From an uncultured Thermoleophilia bacterium (GTDB lineage Bacteria; Actinomycetota; Thermoleophilia; UBA2241), in the NCBI GenBank assembly GCA_963717965.1, contig CAVQXS010000003.1, positions 6,896 to 70,895 on the forward strand: a stretch of DNA of 64,000 bases, given 5' to 3'. Of this stretch, positions 63,708-64,000 are shown piece after piece. Made by a program: the position numbers and the translations under genes. Position 1 is the first letter of the stretch, and each line of letters opens with the position of its first letter. A model generated the notes under the pieces. That model was given only the letters and a program-made list of their open reading frames with translations, was not told the origin of the DNA and did not search any database.

Positions 63708-64000
63708 TCAGGCGACCGATCGCCGCGCGAAACGGCCCTCGCGCAGGGCCGAGATCGGCAGCCGGGCGGGGGTTGCCACCAGCGCCACGACCGCAAACGC
63801 GGCCAGCACGGCCTTGAACAGGTCCATGGGAAGGAACTGCAGCGCGCCTCCCCACAGGACGAACTGGAAACTGAGTGCCGGAAGGCTGACCGCCAGCCAC
63901 GTCGCGCCAAGCGCGTAGATGGGGACCAGACCCGCAGCGGCCACACAGGCGAGGCTCACGACGCGCGGTTGTGCGAGCCTCTGCGCGAGATAGCCGACGA
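63708..64000 (-). CDS. bioY: BioY-family biotin transporter S-component, 3' part (gene continues beyond the window)
   Basis: C-terminal pattern IYALGATWL...GGALQFLPMDLFKAVLAAFAVVAL. The reading frame is open to the window edge. Confidence 0.6.
   Translation of the reverse strand, partial: VGYLAQRLAQPRVVSLACVAAAGLVPIYALGATWLAVSLPALSFQFVLWGGALQFLPMDLFKAVLAAFAVVALVATPARLPISALREGRFARRSVA

Noticed and set aside
1-64000. Prophage, integrative element, toxin-antitoxin or known defence system.
   Set aside because: No integrase, recombinase (other than the dead IS110), phage structural or terminase genes, restriction-modification genes, nuclease/helicase/ATPase defence-type genes, or small TA pairs were recognisable in any frame.

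Overview
This is a 64 kb, very GC-rich (roughly 70% by eye) chromosomal-looking segment. Gene content and codon style suggest a high-GC Gram-positive lineage (Actinomycetota-like); that assignment is inference only. I can support about 62 protein-coding regions, one intact tRNA (tRNA-Gln-CUG), one tRNA-Glu-like 3' fragment, one truncated IS110-family transposase and one internally deleted aminotransferase remnant. I also see a few hairpins and short repeat arrays. I found no rRNA, CRISPR array, prophage, integrase or recognisable defence island.

Gene content is housekeeping and accessory metabolism:
- Housekeeping: glnS plus tRNA-Gln, typA, rpiA, msrA.
- Transport: 3 MFS, 2 CDF, MntP, EamA, BioY, an orphan family-5 solute-binding lipoprotein, and a MarR-controlled heterodimeric ABC exporter.
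- PLP enzymes: 3 aminotransferases, a PatB-type lyase and 2 group II decarboxylases.
- Other: several alpha/beta hydrolases and an ECF sigma/anti-sigma pair.

The most interesting locus is 52127-57910. It encodes a tungsten-type aldehyde:ferredoxin oxidoreductase with its poly-ferredoxin partner and a MoaD-like protein. These are followed directly by a NuoE/NuoF/NuoG-N-terminal-like flavin/Fe-S module instead of the FAD subunit known from AorABC.

Second-tier candidates:
- A translationally coupled trio of small ORF, SDH-family Clp-fold serine protease and SagB-type dehydrogenase (36438-38256).
- Two short repeat arrays in the marR intergenic region.
- The IS110 / tRNA-Glu-fragment junction.

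Major caveat: at least 15 reading-frame breaks interrupt 12 otherwise well-conserved genes. This looks more like indel error in the assembly than biology, and it must be resolved before any functional claim. Most long ORFs in the six-frame track that lie antisense to these genes are high-GC artefacts.
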